Source: the human T2T-CHM13v2.0 reference genome, Homo sapiens
Length of the DNA: 64,000 nucleotides
Strand: one strand, 5' to 3'
NCBI RefSeq assembly: GCF_009914755.1
Contig: NC_060925.1
Position numbers and translations under genes: made by a program. The notes below the pieces were generated by a model. The model did not search any database and was not told the origin of the DNA. It saw nothing but the letters and a program-made list of their open reading frames with translations. Below are positions 30,601 through 46,765 of this stretch, one piece after another; the stretch's first letter is position 1, and the number at the start of each line of letters is the position of its first letter.

Positions 30601-33600
30601 TGGAATCATTGAATGGACTCGAAAGGGATCATGATTGAATGGAATTGAATGGAATCATCGAATGGTCTCGATTGGAATCATTATCAAATGGAATCGAATG
30701 GAATCACCGAATAGAATCGAATGGAACAATCATCGAATGGACTCAAATGGAATTATCCTCCAATGGAATCGAATGGAATTATCGAATGCAATCGAATGGA
30801 ATTATCGAATGCAATCGAATAGAATCATCGAATGGACTCGAATGGAATCATCGAATGGAATGGAATGGAACAGTCAATGAACTCGAATGGAATCATCATT
30901 GAATGGAATCGAATGGAATCATCGAGTGGAATCAAATGGAATTATGATCAAATGGAATCGAATGTAATCATCATCAAATGGAATCAAAAATAACCATCAT
31001 CAATTGGTATTGAATGGAATTGTCATCAAATGGAATTCAAAGGAATCATCATCAAATGGAACCGAATGGAATCCTCATTGAATGGAAATGAAAGGGGTCA
31101 TCATCTAATGGAATCGCATGGAATCATCATCAAATGGAATCGAATGGAATCATCATCAAATGGAATCTAATGGAATCATTGAACAGAATTGAATGGAATC
31201 GTCATCGAATGAATTGAATGCAATCATCGAATGGTCTCGAATGGAATCATCTTCTAATGGAAAGGAATGGAATCATCTCATAGAATCGAATGGAATTATC
31301 ATCGAATGGAATCGAATGGTATCAACACCAAACGGAAAAAAACGGAATTATCGAATGGAATCGAAGAGAATCTTCGAACGGACCCGAATGGAATCATCTA
31401 ATGGAATGGAATGGAATAATCCATGGACTCGAATGCAATCATCATCGAATGGAATGGAATGGAATCATCGAATGGACTCGAATGGAATAATCATTGAACG
31501 GAATCGAATGGAATCATCATCGGATGGAAACGAATGGAATCATCATCGAATGGAAATGAAAGGAGTCATCATCTAATGGAATTGCATGGAATCATCATAA
31601 AATGGAATCGAATGGAATCAACATCAAATGGAATCAAATGGAATCATTGAACGGAATTGAATGGAATCGTCATCGAATGAATTGACTGCAATCATCCAAT
31701 GGTCGCGAATGGAATCATCTTCAAATGGAATGGAATGGAATCATCGCATAGAATCGAATGGAATTATCATCGAATGGAATCGAATGGAATCAACATCCAA
31801 CGGAAAAAAACGGAATTATCGAATGGAATCGAAGAGAATCATCGAATGGACCCGAATGGAATCATCTAATGGAATGGAATGGAATAATCCATGGACTCGA
31901 ATGCAATCATCATCGAATGGAATCGAATGGAATCATCGAATGGACTCGAATGGAATAATCATTGAACGGCATCGAATGGAATCATCATCGGATGGAAATG
32001 AATGGAATCATCATCGAATGGAATCGAATAGAATTATGGAATGAAATCCAGTGTGATCATCATCGAATGGACCCGAATGGAATCATCATTCAACGGAAGC
32101 TAATGGAATCAACATCGAATGAATCAAATGGAAACACCATCGAATTGAAACGAATGGAATTATCATGAAATTGAAATGGATGGACTCATCATCGAATGGA
32201 TTCGAATGGAATCATCGAATAAAATTGATTGAAATCATCATCGAATGGAATCGAATGGTATCATTGAATGGAATCGAATGGAATCATCATCAGATGGAAA
32301 TGAATGGAATCGTCATAGAATGGAATCGAATGGATTCATTGAATGGAATCAGATGGAATCATCGAATGGACTGGAATGGAATCATTGAATGGACTCGAAA
32401 GGGATCATGATTGAATGGAATTGAATGGAATCATCGAATGGTCTCGATTGGAATCATTATCAAATGGAATCGAATGGAATCACCGAATAGAATCGAATGG
32501 AACAATCATCGAATGGACTCAAATGGAATTATCCTCAAATGGAATCGAATGGAATTATCGAATGCAATCGAATGGAATTATCGATTGCAATCGAATAGAA
32601 TCATCGAATGGACTCGAATGGAATCATCGAATGGAATGGAATGGAACAGTCAATGAACTCGAATGGAATCATCATTGAATGGAATCGAATGGAATCATCG
32701 AGTGGAATCGAATGGAATTATGATCAAATGGAATCGAATGTAATCATCATCAAATGGAATCAAAAATAACCATCATCAATTGGTATTGAATGGAATTGTC
32801 ATCAAATGGAATTCAAAGGAATCATCATCAAATGGAACCGAATGGAATCCTCATTGAATGGAAATGAAAGGGGTCATCATCTAATGGAATCGCATGGAAT
32901 CATCATCAAATGGAATCGAATGGAATCATCATCAAATGGAATCTAATGGAATCATTGAACAGAATTGAATGGAATCGTCATCGAATGAATTGAATGCAAT
33001 CATCGAATGGTCTCGAATGGAATCATCTTCTAATGGAAAGGAATGGAATCATCGCATAGAATCGAATGGAATTATCATCGAATGGAATCGAATGGTATCA
33101 ACACCAAACGGAAAAAAACGGAATTATCGAATGGAATCGAAGAGAATCTTCGAACGGACCCGAATGGAATCATCTAATGGAATGGAATGGAATAATCCAT
33201 GGACTCGAATGCAATCAAAATCGAATGGAATCGAATGGAATCATCGAATGGACTCGAATGGAATAATCATTGAACGGAATCGAATGGAATCATCATCGGA
33301 TGGAAACGAATGGAATCATCATCGAATGGAAATGAAAGGAGTCATCATCTAATGGAATTGCATGGAATCATCATAAAATGGAATCGAATGGAATCAACAT
33401 CAAATGGATTCAAATGGAATCATTGAACGGAATTGAATGGAATCGTCATCGAATGAATTGACTGCAATCATCCAATGGTCTCGAATGGAATCATCTTCAA
33501 ATGGAATGGAATGGAATCATCGCATAGAATCGAATGGAATTATCATCGAATGGAATCGAATGGAATCAACATCAAACGGAAAAAAACGGAATTATCGAAT

Positions 33601-36600
33601 GGAATCGAAGAGAATCATCGAATGGACCCGAATGGAATCATCTAATGGAATGGAATGGAATAATCCATGGACTCGAATGCAATCATCATCGAATGGAATC
33701 AAATGGAATCATCGAATGGACTCGAATGGAATAATCATTGAACGGAATCGAATGGAATCGTCATCGGATGGAAATGAATGGAATCATCATCGAATGGAAT
33801 CGAATAGAATTATGGAATGAAATCCAGTGTGATCATCATCGAATGGACCCGAATGGAATCATCATCCAACGGAAGCTAATGGAATCAACATCGAATGAAT
33901 CAAATGGAAACACCATCGAATTGAAACGAATGGAATTATCATGAAATTGAAATGGATGGACTCATCATCGAATGGATTCGAATGGAATCATCGAATAAAA
34001 TTGATTGAAATCATCATCCAATGGAATCGAATGGTATCATTGAATGGAATCGAATGGAATCATCATCAGATGGAAATGAATGGAATCGTCATAGAATGGA
34101 ATCGAATGGATTCATTGAATGGAATCAGATGGAATCATCGAATGGACTGGAATGGAATCATTGAATGGACTCGAAAGGGATCATTATTGAATGGAATTGA
34201 ATGGAATCATCGAATGGTCTCGATTGGAATCATTATCAAATGGAATCGAATGGAATCACCGAATAGAATCGAATGGAACAATCATCGAATGGACTCAAAT
34301 GGAATTATCCTCAAATGGAATCGAATGGAATTATCGAATGCAATCGAATGGAATTATCGAATGCAATCGAATATAATGATCGAATGGACTCGAATGGAAT
34401 CATCGAATGGAATGGAATGGAACAGTCAATGAACTCGAATGGAATCATCATTGAATGGAATCGAATGGAATCATCGAGTGGAATCGAATGGAATTATGAT
34501 CAAATTGCAATCGAATGTAATCCTCATCAAATGGAATCAAAAATAACCATCATCAATTGGTATTGAATGGAATTGTCATCAAATGGAATTCAAAGGAATC
34601 ATCATCAAATGGAACCGAATGGAATCCTCATTGAATGGAAATGAAAGGGGTCATCATCTAATGGAATCGCATGGAATCATCATCAAATGGAATCGAATGG
34701 AATCATCATCAAATGGAATCTAATGGAATCATTGAACAGAATTGAATGGAATCGTCATCGAATGAATTGAATGCAATCATCGAATGGTCTCGAATGGAAT
34801 CATCTTCTAATGGAAAGGAATGGAATCATCGCATAGAATCGAATGGAATTATCATCGAATGGAATCGAATGGTATCAACACCAAACGGAGAAAAACGGAA
34901 TTATCGAATGGAATCGAAGAGAATCTTTGAACGGACCCGAATGGAATCATCTAATGGAATGGAATGGAATAATCCATGGACTCGAATGCAATCATCATCG
35001 AATGGAATCGAATGGAATCATCGAATGGACTCGAATGGAATAATCATTGAACGGAATCGAATGGAATCATCATCGGATGGAAACGAATGGAATCATCATC
35101 GAATGGAAATGAAAGGAGTCATCATCTAATGGAATTGCATGGAATCATCATAAAATGGAATCGAATGGAATCAACATCAAATGGAATCAAATGGAATCAT
35201 TGAACGGAATTGAATGGAATCGTCATCGAATGAATTGACTGCAATCATCGAATGGTCTCGAATGGAATCATCTTCAAATGGAATGGAATGGAATCATCGC
35301 ATAGAATCGAATGGAATTATCATCGAATGGAATCGAATGGAATCAACATCAAACGGAAAAAAACGGAATTATCGAATGGAATCGAAGAGAATCATCGAAT
35401 GGACCCGAATGGAATCATCTAATGGAATGGAATGGAATAATCCATGGACTCGAATGCAATCATCATCGAATGGAATCGAATGGAATCATCGAATGGACTC
35501 GAATGGAATAATCATTGAACGGAATCGAATGGAATCATCATCGGATGGAAATGAATGGAATCATCATCGAATGGAATCGAATAGAATTATGGAATGAAAT
35601 CCAGTGTGATCATCATCGAATGGACCCGAATGGAATCATCATCCAACGGAAGCTAATGGAATCAACATCGAATGAATCGAATGGAAACACCATCGAATTG
35701 AAACGAATGGAATTATCATGAAATTGAAATGGATGGACTCATCATCGAATGGATTCGAATGGAATCATCGAATAAAATTGATTGAAATCATCATCCAATG
35801 GAATCGAATGGTATCATTGAATGGAATCGAATGGAATCATCATCAGATGGAAATGAATGGAATCGTCATAGAATGGAATCGAATGGAATCAGATGGAATC
35901 ATCGAATGGACTGGAATGGAATCATTGAATGGACTCGAAAGGGATCATTATTGAATGGAATTGAATGGAATCATCGAATGGTCTCGATTGGAATCATTAT
36001 CAAATGGAATGGAATGGAATCACCGAATAGAATCGAATGGAACAATCATCGAATGGACTCAAATGGAATTATCCTCCAATGGAATCGAATGGAATTATCG
36101 AATGCAATCGAATGGAATTATCGAATGCAATCGAATAGAATCATCGAATGGACTCGAATGGAATCATCGAATGGAATGGAATGGAACAGTCAATGAACTC
36201 GAATGGAATCATCATTGAATGGAATCGAATGGAATGATCGAGTGGAATCGAAAGAAATTATGATCAAATGGAAGCGAACGTAATCATCATCAAATGGAAT
36301 CAAAAATAACCATCATCAATTGGTATTGAATGGAATTGTCATCAAATGGAATTCAAAGGAATCATCATCAAATGGAACCGAATGGAATCCTCATTGAATG
36401 GAAATGAAAGGGGTCATCATCTAATGGAATCGCATGGAATCATCATCAAATGGAATCGAATGGAATCATCATCAAATGGAATCTAATGGAATCATTGAAC
36501 AGAATTGAATGGAATCGTCATCGAATGAATTGAATGCAATCATCGAATGGTCTCGAATGGAATCATCTTCTAATGGAAAGGAATGGAATCATCGCATAGA

Positions 36601-38284
36601 ATCGAATGGAATTATCATCGAATGGAATCGAATGGTATCAACATCAAACGGAAAAAAACGGAATTATCGAATGGAATCGAAGAGAATCTTCGAACGGACC
36701 CGAATGGAATCATCTAATGGAATGGAATGGAATAATCCATGGACTCGAATGCAATCATCATCGAATGGAATGGAATGGAATCATCGAATGGACTCGAATG
36801 GAATAATCATTGAACGGAATCGAATGGAATCATCATCGGATGGAAACGAATGGAATCATCATCGAATGGAAATGAAAGGAGTCATCATCTAATGGAATTG
36901 CATGGAATCATCATAAAATGGAATCGAATGGAATCAACATCAAATGGAATCAAATGGAATCATTGAACGGAATTGAATGGAATCGTCATCGAATGAATTG
37001 ACTGCAATCATCGAATGGTCTCGAATGGAATCATCTTCAAATGGAATGGAATGGAATCATCGCATAGAATCGAATGGAATTATCATCGAATGGAATCGAA
37101 TGGAATCAACATCAAACGGAAAAAAACGGAATTATCGAATGGAATCGAAGAGAATCATCGAATGGACCCGAATGGAATCATCTAATGGAATTAAATGGAA
37201 TAATCCATGGACTCGAATGCAATCATCATCGAATGGAATCGAATGGAATCATCGAATGGACTCGAATGGAATAATCATTGAACGGAATCGAATGGAATCA
37301 TCATCGGATGGAAACGAATGGAATCATCATCGAATGGAATCAAATAGAATTATGGAATGAAATCCAGTGTGATCATCATCGAATGGACCCGAATGGAATC
37401 ATCATCCAACGGAAGCTAATGGAATCAACATCGAATGAATCAAATGGAAACACCATCGAATTGAAACGAATGGAATTACCATGAAATTGAAATGGATGGA
37501 CTCATCATCAAATGGATTCGAATGGATTCATCAAATAAAATTGATTGAAATCATCATCGAATGGAATCGAATGGTATCATTGAATGGAATCGAATGGAAT
37601 CATCATCAGATGGAAATGAATGGAATCGTCATAGAATGGAATCGAATGGATTCATTGAATGGAATCAGATGGAATCATTGAATGGACTGGAATGGAATCA
37701 TTGAATGGACTCGAAAGGGATCATGATTGAATGGAATTGAATGGAATCATCGAATGGTCTCGATTGGAATCATTATCAAATGGAATCGAATGGAATCACC
37801 GAATAGAATCGAATGGAACAATCATCGAATGGACTCAAATGGAATTATCCTCCAATGGAATCGAATGGAATTATCGAATGCAATCGAATGGAATTATCGA
37901 ATGCAATCGAATAGAATCATCGAATGGACTCGAATGGAATCATCGAATGGAATGGAATGGAACAGTCAATGAACTCGAATGGAATCATCATTGAATGGAA
38001 TCGAATGGAATCATCGAGTGGAATCGAAAGGAATTATGACCAAATGGAATCGAATGTAATCATCATCAAATGGAATCAAAAATAACCATCATCAATTGGT
38101 ATTGAATGGAATTGTCATCAAATGGAATTCAAAGGAATCATCATCAAATGGAACCGAATGGAATCCTCATTGAATGGAAATGAAAGGGGTCATCATCTAA
38201 TGGAATCGCATGGAATCATCATCAAATGGAATCGAATGGAATCATCATCAAATGGAATCAAATGGAATCATTGAACAGAATTGA
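27664..38284 (+). repeat. Canonical ~1776-bp S+L domain (6 units)
   Basis: S starts at 27664, 29417, 31193, 32969, 34746, 36509 alternate strictly with L starts at 28132, 29885, 31661, 33437, 35214, 36977. L heads carry the TTGACTGCA variant and S heads carry CTAATGGAAAGG. Confidence 0.9.
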
Positions 38285-39220
38285 ATGGAATGGTCATCGA
38301 ATGAGTTGAATGCAATCATCGAATGGTCTCGAATGGAATCATCTTCTAATGGAAAGGAATGGAATCATCGCATAGAATCGAATGGAATTATCATCGAATG
38401 GAATCGAATGGTATCAACACCAAACGGAAAAAAACGGAATTATCGAATGGAATCGAAGAGAATCTTCGAACGGACCCGAATGGAATCATCTAATGGAATG
38501 GAATGGAATAATCCATGGACTCGAATGCAATCATCATCGAATGGAATCGAATGGAATCATCGAATGGACTCGAATGGAATAATCATTGAACGGAATCGAA
38601 TGGAATCATCATCGGATGGAAACGAATGGAATCATCATCGAATGGAAATGAAAGGAGTCATCATCTAATGGAATTGCATGGAATCATCATAAAATGGAAT
38701 CGAATGGAATCAACATCAAATGGAATCAAATGGAATCATTGAACGGAATTGAATGGAATCGTCATCGAATGAATTGAATGCAATCATCGAATGGTCTCGA
38801 ATGGAATCATCTTCAAATGGAATGGAATGGAATCATCGCATAGAATCGAATGGAATTATCATCGAACGGAATCGAATGGAATCAACATCAAACGGAAAAA
38901 AACGGAATTATCGAATGGAATCGAAGAGAATCATCGAATGGACCCGAATGGAATCATCTAATGGAATGGAATGGAATAATCCATGGACTCGAATGCAATC
39001 ATCATCGAATGGAATCGAATGGAATCATCGAATGGACTCGAATGGAATAATCATTGAACGGAATCGAATGGAATCATCATCGGATGGAAACGAATGGAAT
39101 CATCATCGAATGGAAATGAAAGGAGTCATCATCTAATGGAATTGCATGGAATCATCATAAAATGGAATCGAATGGAATCATCATCAAATGGAATCAAATG
39201 GAATCATTGAACGGAATTGA

Positions 39221-42200
39221 ATGGAATCGTCATCGAATGAATTGAATGCAATCATCGAATGGTCTCGAATGGAATCATCTTCAAATGGAATGGAATGGAA
39301 TCATCGCATAGAATCGAATGGAATTATCATCGAATGGAATCGAATGGTATCAACATCAAACGGAAAAAAATGGAATTATCGAATGGAATCAAAGAGAATC
39401 TTCGAACGGACCCGAATGGAATCATCTAATGGAATGGAATGGAATAATCCATGGACTCGAATGCAATCATCATCGAATGGAATCGAATGGAATCATTGAA
39501 AGGACTCGTATGGAATAATCATTGAACGGAATCGAATGGAATCATCATCGGATGGAAATGAATGGAATCATCATCGAATGGAATCGAATAGAATTATGGA
39601 ATGAAATCCAGTGTGATCATCATCGAATGGACCCGAATGGAATCATCATCCAACGGAAGCTAATGGAATCAACATCCAATGAATCGAATGGAAACACCAT
39701 CGAATTGAAACGAATGGAATTATCATGAAATTGAAATGGATGGACTCATCATCGAATGGATTCGAATGGAATCATCGAATAAAATTGATTGAAATCATCA
39801 TCGAATGGAATCGAATGGTATCATTGAATGGAATCGAATGGAATCATCATCAGATGGAAATGAATGGAATCGTCATAGAATGGAATCGAATGGATTCATT
39901 GAATGGAATCAGATGGAATCATCGAATGGACTGGAATGGAATCATTGAATGGACTCGAAAGGGATCATGATTGAATGGAATTGAATGGAATCATCGAATG
40001 GTCTCGATTGGAATCATTATCAAATGGAATCGAATGGAATCACCGAATAGAATCGAATGGAACAATCATCGAATGGACTCAAATGGAATTATCCTCAAAT
40101 AGAATCGAATGGAATTATCGAATGCAATCGAATGGAGTTATCGAATGCAATCGAATAGAATCATCGAATGGACTCGAATGGAATCATCGAATGGAATGGA
40201 ATGGAACAGTCAATAAACTCGAATGGAATCATCATTGAATGGAATCGAATGGAATCATCGAGTGGAATCGAATGGAATTATGATCAAATGGAATCGAATG
40301 TAATCATCATCAAATGGAATCAAAAATAACCATCATCAATTGGTATTGAATGGAATTGTCATCAAATGGAATTCAAAGGAATCATCATCAAATGGAACCG
40401 AATGGAATCCTCATTGAATGGAAATGAAAGGGGTCATCATCTAATGGAATCGCATGGAATCATCATCAAATGGAATCGAATGGAATCATCATCAAATGGA
40501 ATCGAATGGAATCATTGAAAGAATTGAATGGAATCATCATCGAATGAATTGAATGCAATCATCGAATGGTCTCGAATGGAATCATCTTCTAATGGAAAGG
40601 AATGGAATCATCGCATAGAATCGAATGGAATTATCATCGAATGGAATCGAATGGTATCAACACCAAACGGAAAAAAACGGAATTATCGAATGGAATCGAA
40701 GAGAATCTTCGAACGGACCCGAATGGAATCATCTAATGGAATGGAATGGAATAATCCATGGAGTCGAATGCAATCATCATCGAATGGAATCGAATGGAAT
40801 CATCGAATGGACTCGAATGGAATAATCATTGAACGGAATCGAATGGAATCATCATCGGATGGAAACGAATGGAATCATCATCGAATGGAAATGAAAGGAG
40901 TCATCATCTAATGGAATTGCATGGAATCATCATCAAATGGAATCGAATGGAATCAACATCAAATGGAATCAAATGGAATCATTGAACGGAATTGAATGGA
41001 ATCGTCATCGAATGAATTGAATGCAATCATCGAATGGTCTCGAATGGAATCATCTTCAAATGGAATGGAATGGAATCATCGCATAGAATCGAATGGAATT
41101 ATCATCGAATGGAATCGAATGGAATCAACATCAAACGGAAAAAAACGGAATTATCGAATGGAATCGAAGAGAATCATCGAATGGACCCGAATGGAATCAT
41201 CTAATGGAATGGAATGGAATAATCCATGGACTCGAATGCAATCATCATCGAATGGAATCGAATGGAATCATCGAATGGACTCGAATGGAATAATCATTGA
41301 ACGGAATCGAATGGAATCATCATCGGATGGAAATGAATGGAATCATCATCGAATGGAATCGAATAGAATTATGGAATGAAATCCAGTGTGATCATCATCG
41401 AATGGACCCGAATGGAATCATCATCCAACGGAAGCTAATGGAATCAACATCGAATGAATCAAATGGAAACACCATCGAATTGAAACGAATGGAATTACCA
41501 TGAAATTGAAATGGATGGACTCATCCTCAAATGGATTCGAGTGGAATCATCGAATAAAATTGATTGAAATCATCATCGAATGGAATCGAATGGTATCATT
41601 GAATGGAATCGAATGGAATCATCATCAGATGGAAATGAAAGGAATCGTCATAGAATGGAATCGAATGGATTCATTGAATGGAATCAGATGGAATCATTGA
41701 ATGGACTGGAATGGAATCATTGAATGGACTCGAAAGGGATCATGATTGAATGGAATTGAATGGAATCATCGAATGGTCTCGATTGGAATCATTATCAAAT
41801 GGAATCGAATGGAATCACCGAATAGAATCGAATGGAACAATCATCGAATGGACTCAAATGGAATTATCCTCAAATGGAATCGAATGGAATTATCGAATGC
41901 AATCGAATGGAATTATCGAATGCAATCGAAGAGAATCATCGAATGGACTCGAATGGAATCATCGAATGGAATGGAATGGAACAGTCAATGAACTCGAATG
42001 GAATCATCATTGAATGGAATCGAATGGAATCATCGAGTGGAATCGAATGGAATTATGATCAAATGGAATCGAATGTAATCATCATCAAATGGAATCAAAA
42101 ATAACCATCATCAATTGGTATTGAATGGAATTCTCATCAAATGGAATTCAAAGGAATCATCATCAAATGGAACCGAATGGAATCCTCATTGAATGGAAAT

Positions 42201-45200
42201 GAAAGGGGTCATCATCTAATGGAATCGCATGGAATCATCATCAAATGGAATCGAATGGAATCAACATCAAATGGAATCTAATGGAATCATTGAGCGGAAT
42301 TGAATGGAATCGTCATCGAATGAATTGAATGCAATCATCGAATGGTCTCGAATGGAATCATCTTCAAATGGAATGGAATGGAATCATCGCATAGAATCGA
42401 ATGGAATTATCATCGAATGGAATCGAATGGAATCAACATCAAACGGAAAAAAACGGAATTATCGAATGGAATCGAAGAGAATCTTCGAACGGACCCGAAT
42501 GGAATCATCTAATGGAATGGAATGGAATAATCCATGGACTCGAATGCAATCATCATCGAATGGAATCGAATGGAATCATCGAATGGACTCGAATGGAATA
42601 ATCATTGAACGGAATCGAATGGAATCATCATCGGATGGAAACGAATGGAATCATCATCGAATGGAAATGAAAGGAGTCATCATCTAATGGAATTGCATGG
42701 AATCATCATAAAATGGAATCGAATGGAATCAACATCAAATGGAATCAAATGGAATCATTGAACGGAATTGAATGGAATCGTCATCGAATGAATTGAATGC
42801 AATCATCGAATGGTCTCGAATGGAATCATCTTCAAATGGAATGGAATGGAATCATCGCATAGAATCGAATGGAATTATCATCGAATGGAATCGAATGGAA
42901 TCAACATCAAACGGAAAAAAACGGAATTATCGAATGGAATCGAAGAGAATCATCGAATGGACCCGAATGGAATCATCTAATGGAATGGAATGGAATAATC
43001 CATGGACTCGAATGCAATCATCATCGAATGGAATCGAATGGAATCATCAAATGGACTCGAATGGAATAATCATTGAACGGAATCGAATGGAATCATCATC
43101 GGATGGAAATGAAAGGAGTCATCATCTAATGGAATTGCATGGAATCATCATAAAATGGAATCGAATGGAATCAACATCAAATGGAATCAAATGGAATCAT
43201 TGAACGGAATTGAATGGAATCGTCATCGAATGAATTGAAAGCAATCATCGAATGGTCTCGAATGGAATCATCTTCAAATGGAATGGAATGGAATCATCGC
43301 ATAGAATCGAATGGAATTATCATCGAATGGAATCGAATGGAATCAACATCAAACGGAAAAAAACGGAATTATCGAATGGAATCGAAGAGAATCATCGAAT
43401 GGACCCGAATGGAATCATCTAATGGAATGGAATGGAATAATCCATGGACTCGAATGCAATCATCATCGAATGGAATCGAATGGAATCATCGAATGGACTC
43501 GAATGGAATAATCATTGAACGGAATAGAATGGAATCATCATCGGATGGAAATGAATGGAATCATCATCGAATGGAATCGAATAGAATTATGGAATGAAAT
43601 CCAGTGTGATCATCATCGAATGGACCCGAATGGAATCATCATCCAACGGAAGCTAATGGAATCAACATCGAATGAATCAAATGGAAACACCATCGAATTG
43701 AAACGAATGGAATTACCATGAAATTGAAATGGATGGACTCATCATCGAATGGATTCGAATGGAATCATCGAATAAAATTGATTGAAATCATCATCGAATG
43801 GAATCGAATGGTATCATTGAATGGAATCGAATGGAATCATCATCAGATGGAAATGAATGGAATCGTCATAGAATGGAATCGAATGGATTAATTGAATGGA
43901 ATCAGATGGAATCATCGAATGGACTGGAATGGAATCATTGAATGGACTCGAAAGGGATCATTATTGAATGGAATTGAATGGAATCATCGAATGGTCTCGA
44001 TTGGAATCATTATCAAATGGAATCGAATGGAATCACCGAATAGAATCGAATGGAACAATCATCGAATGGACACAAATGGAATTATCCTCAAATGGAATCG
44101 AATGGAATTATCGAATGCAATCGAATGGAATTATCGAATGCAATCGAATAGAATCATCGAATGGACTCGAATGGAATCATCGAATGGAATGGAATGGAAC
44201 AGTCAATGAACTCGAATGGAATCATCATTGAATGGAATCGAATGGAATCATCGAGTGGAATCGAATGTAATCATCATCAAATGGAATCAAAAATAACCAT
44301 CATCAAATGGAATCAAAAATAACCATCATCAATTGATATTGAATGGAATTCTCATCAAATGGAATTCAAAGGAATCATCATCAAATGGAACCGAATGGAA
44401 TCCTCATTGAATGGAAATGAAAGGGGTTATCATCTAATGGAATCGCATGGAATCATCATAAAATGGAATCGAATGGAATCAACATCAAATGGAATCAAAT
44501 GGAATCATTGAACGGAATTGAATGGAATCGTCATCGAATGAATTGAATGCAATCATCGAATGGTCTCGAATGGAATCATCTTCAAATGGAATGGAATGGA
44601 ATCATCACATAGAATCGAATGGAATTATCATCGAATGGAATCGAATGGAATCAACATCAAACGGAAAAAAACGGAATTATCGAATGCAATCGAAGAGAAT
44701 CATCGAATGGACCCGAATGGAATCATCTAATGGAATGGAATGGAATAATCCATGGACTCGAATGCAATCATCATCGAATGGAATCGAATGGAATCATCGA
44801 ATGGACTCGAATGGAATAATCATTGAACGGAATCGAATGGAATCATCATCGGATGGAAACGAATGGAATCATCATCGAATGGAATCAAATAGAATTATGG
44901 AATGAAATCCACTGTGATCATCATCGAATGGACCCGAATGGAATCATCATCCAACGGAAGCTAATGGAATCAACATCGAATGAATCAAATGGAAACACCA
45001 TCGAATTGAAACGAATGGAATTACCATGAAATTGAAATGGATGGACTCATCATCAAATGGATTCGAATGGATTCATCAAATAAAATTGATTGAAATCATC
45101 ATCGAATGGAATCGAATGGTATCATTGAATGGAATCGAATGGAATCATCATCAGATGGAAATGAATGGAATCGTTATAGAATGGAATCGAATGGATTCAT

Positions 45201-46765
45201 TGAATGGAATCAGATGGAATCATTGAATGGACTGGAATGGAATCATTGAATGGACTCGAAAGGGATCACTATTGAATGGAATTGAATGGAATCATCGAAT
45301 GGTCTCGATTGGAATCATTATCAAATGGAATCGAATGGAATCACCGAATAGAATCGAATGGAACAATCATCGAATGGACTCAAATGGAATTATCCTCCAA
45401 TGGAATCGAATGGAATTATCGAATGCAATCGAATGGAATTATCGAATGCAATCGAATAGAATCATCGAATGGACTCGAATGGAATCATCGAATGGAATGG
45501 AATGGAACAGTCAATGAACTCGAATGGAATCATCATTGAATGGAATCGAATGGAATCATCGAGTGGAATCGAAAGGAATTATGACCAAATGGAATCGAAT
45601 GTAATCATCATCAAATGGAATCAAAAATAACCATCATCAATTGGTATTGAATGGAATTGTCATCAAATGGAATTCAAAGGAATCATCATCAAATGGAACC
45701 GAATGGAATCCTCATTGAATGGAAATGAAAGGGGTCATCATCTAATGGAATCGCATGGAATCATCATCAAATGGAATCGAATGGAATCATCATCAAATGG
45801 AATCAAATGGAATCATTGAACAGAATTGAATGGAACGGTCATCGAATGAGTTGAATGCAATCATCGAATGGTCTCGAATGGAATCATCTTCTAATGGAAA
45901 GGAATGGAATCATCGCATAGAATCGAATGGAATTATCATCGAATGGAATCGAATGGTATCAACACCAAACGGAAAAAAACGGAATTATCGAATGGAATCG
46001 AAGAGAATCTTCGAACGGACCCGAATGGAATCATCTAATGGAATGGAATGGAATAATCCATGGACTCGAATGCAATCATCATCGAATGGAATCGAATGGA
46101 ATCATCGAATGGACTCGAATGGAATAATCATTGAACGGAATCGAATGGAATCATCATCGGATGGAAACGAATGGAATCATCATCGAATGGAAATGAAAGG
46201 AGTCATCATCTAATGGAATTGCATGGAATCATTATAAAATGGAATCGAATGGAATCAACATCAAATGGAATCAAATGGAATCATTGAACGGAATTGAATG
46301 GAATCGTCATCGAATGAATTGAATGCAATCATCGAATGGTCTCGAATGGAATCATCTTCAAATGGAATGGAATGGAATCATCGCATAGAATCGAATGGAA
46401 TTATCATCGAATGGAATCGAATGGAATCAACATCAAACGGAAAAAAACGGAATTATCGAATGGAATCGAAGAGAATCATCGAATGGACCCGAATGGAATC
46501 ATCTAATGGAATGGAATGGAATAATCCATGGACTCGAATGCAATCATCATCGAATGGAATCGAATGGAATCATCGAATGGACTCGAATGGAATAATCATT
46601 GAACGGAATCGAATGGAATCATCATCGGATGGAAACGAATGGAATCATCATCGAATGGAAATGAAAGGAGTCATCATCTAATGGAATTGCATGGAATCAT
46701 CATAAAATGGAATCGAATGGAATCATCATCAAATGGAATCAAATGGAATCATTGAACGGAATTGA
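39221..46765 (+). repeat. 7545-bp higher-order repeat, second full copy
   Basis: Starts at 39221, 40528, 40996, 42304, 42772, 43214, 44522, 45830, 46298, 46766; spacings identical to 64-7609. Confidence 0.9.
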
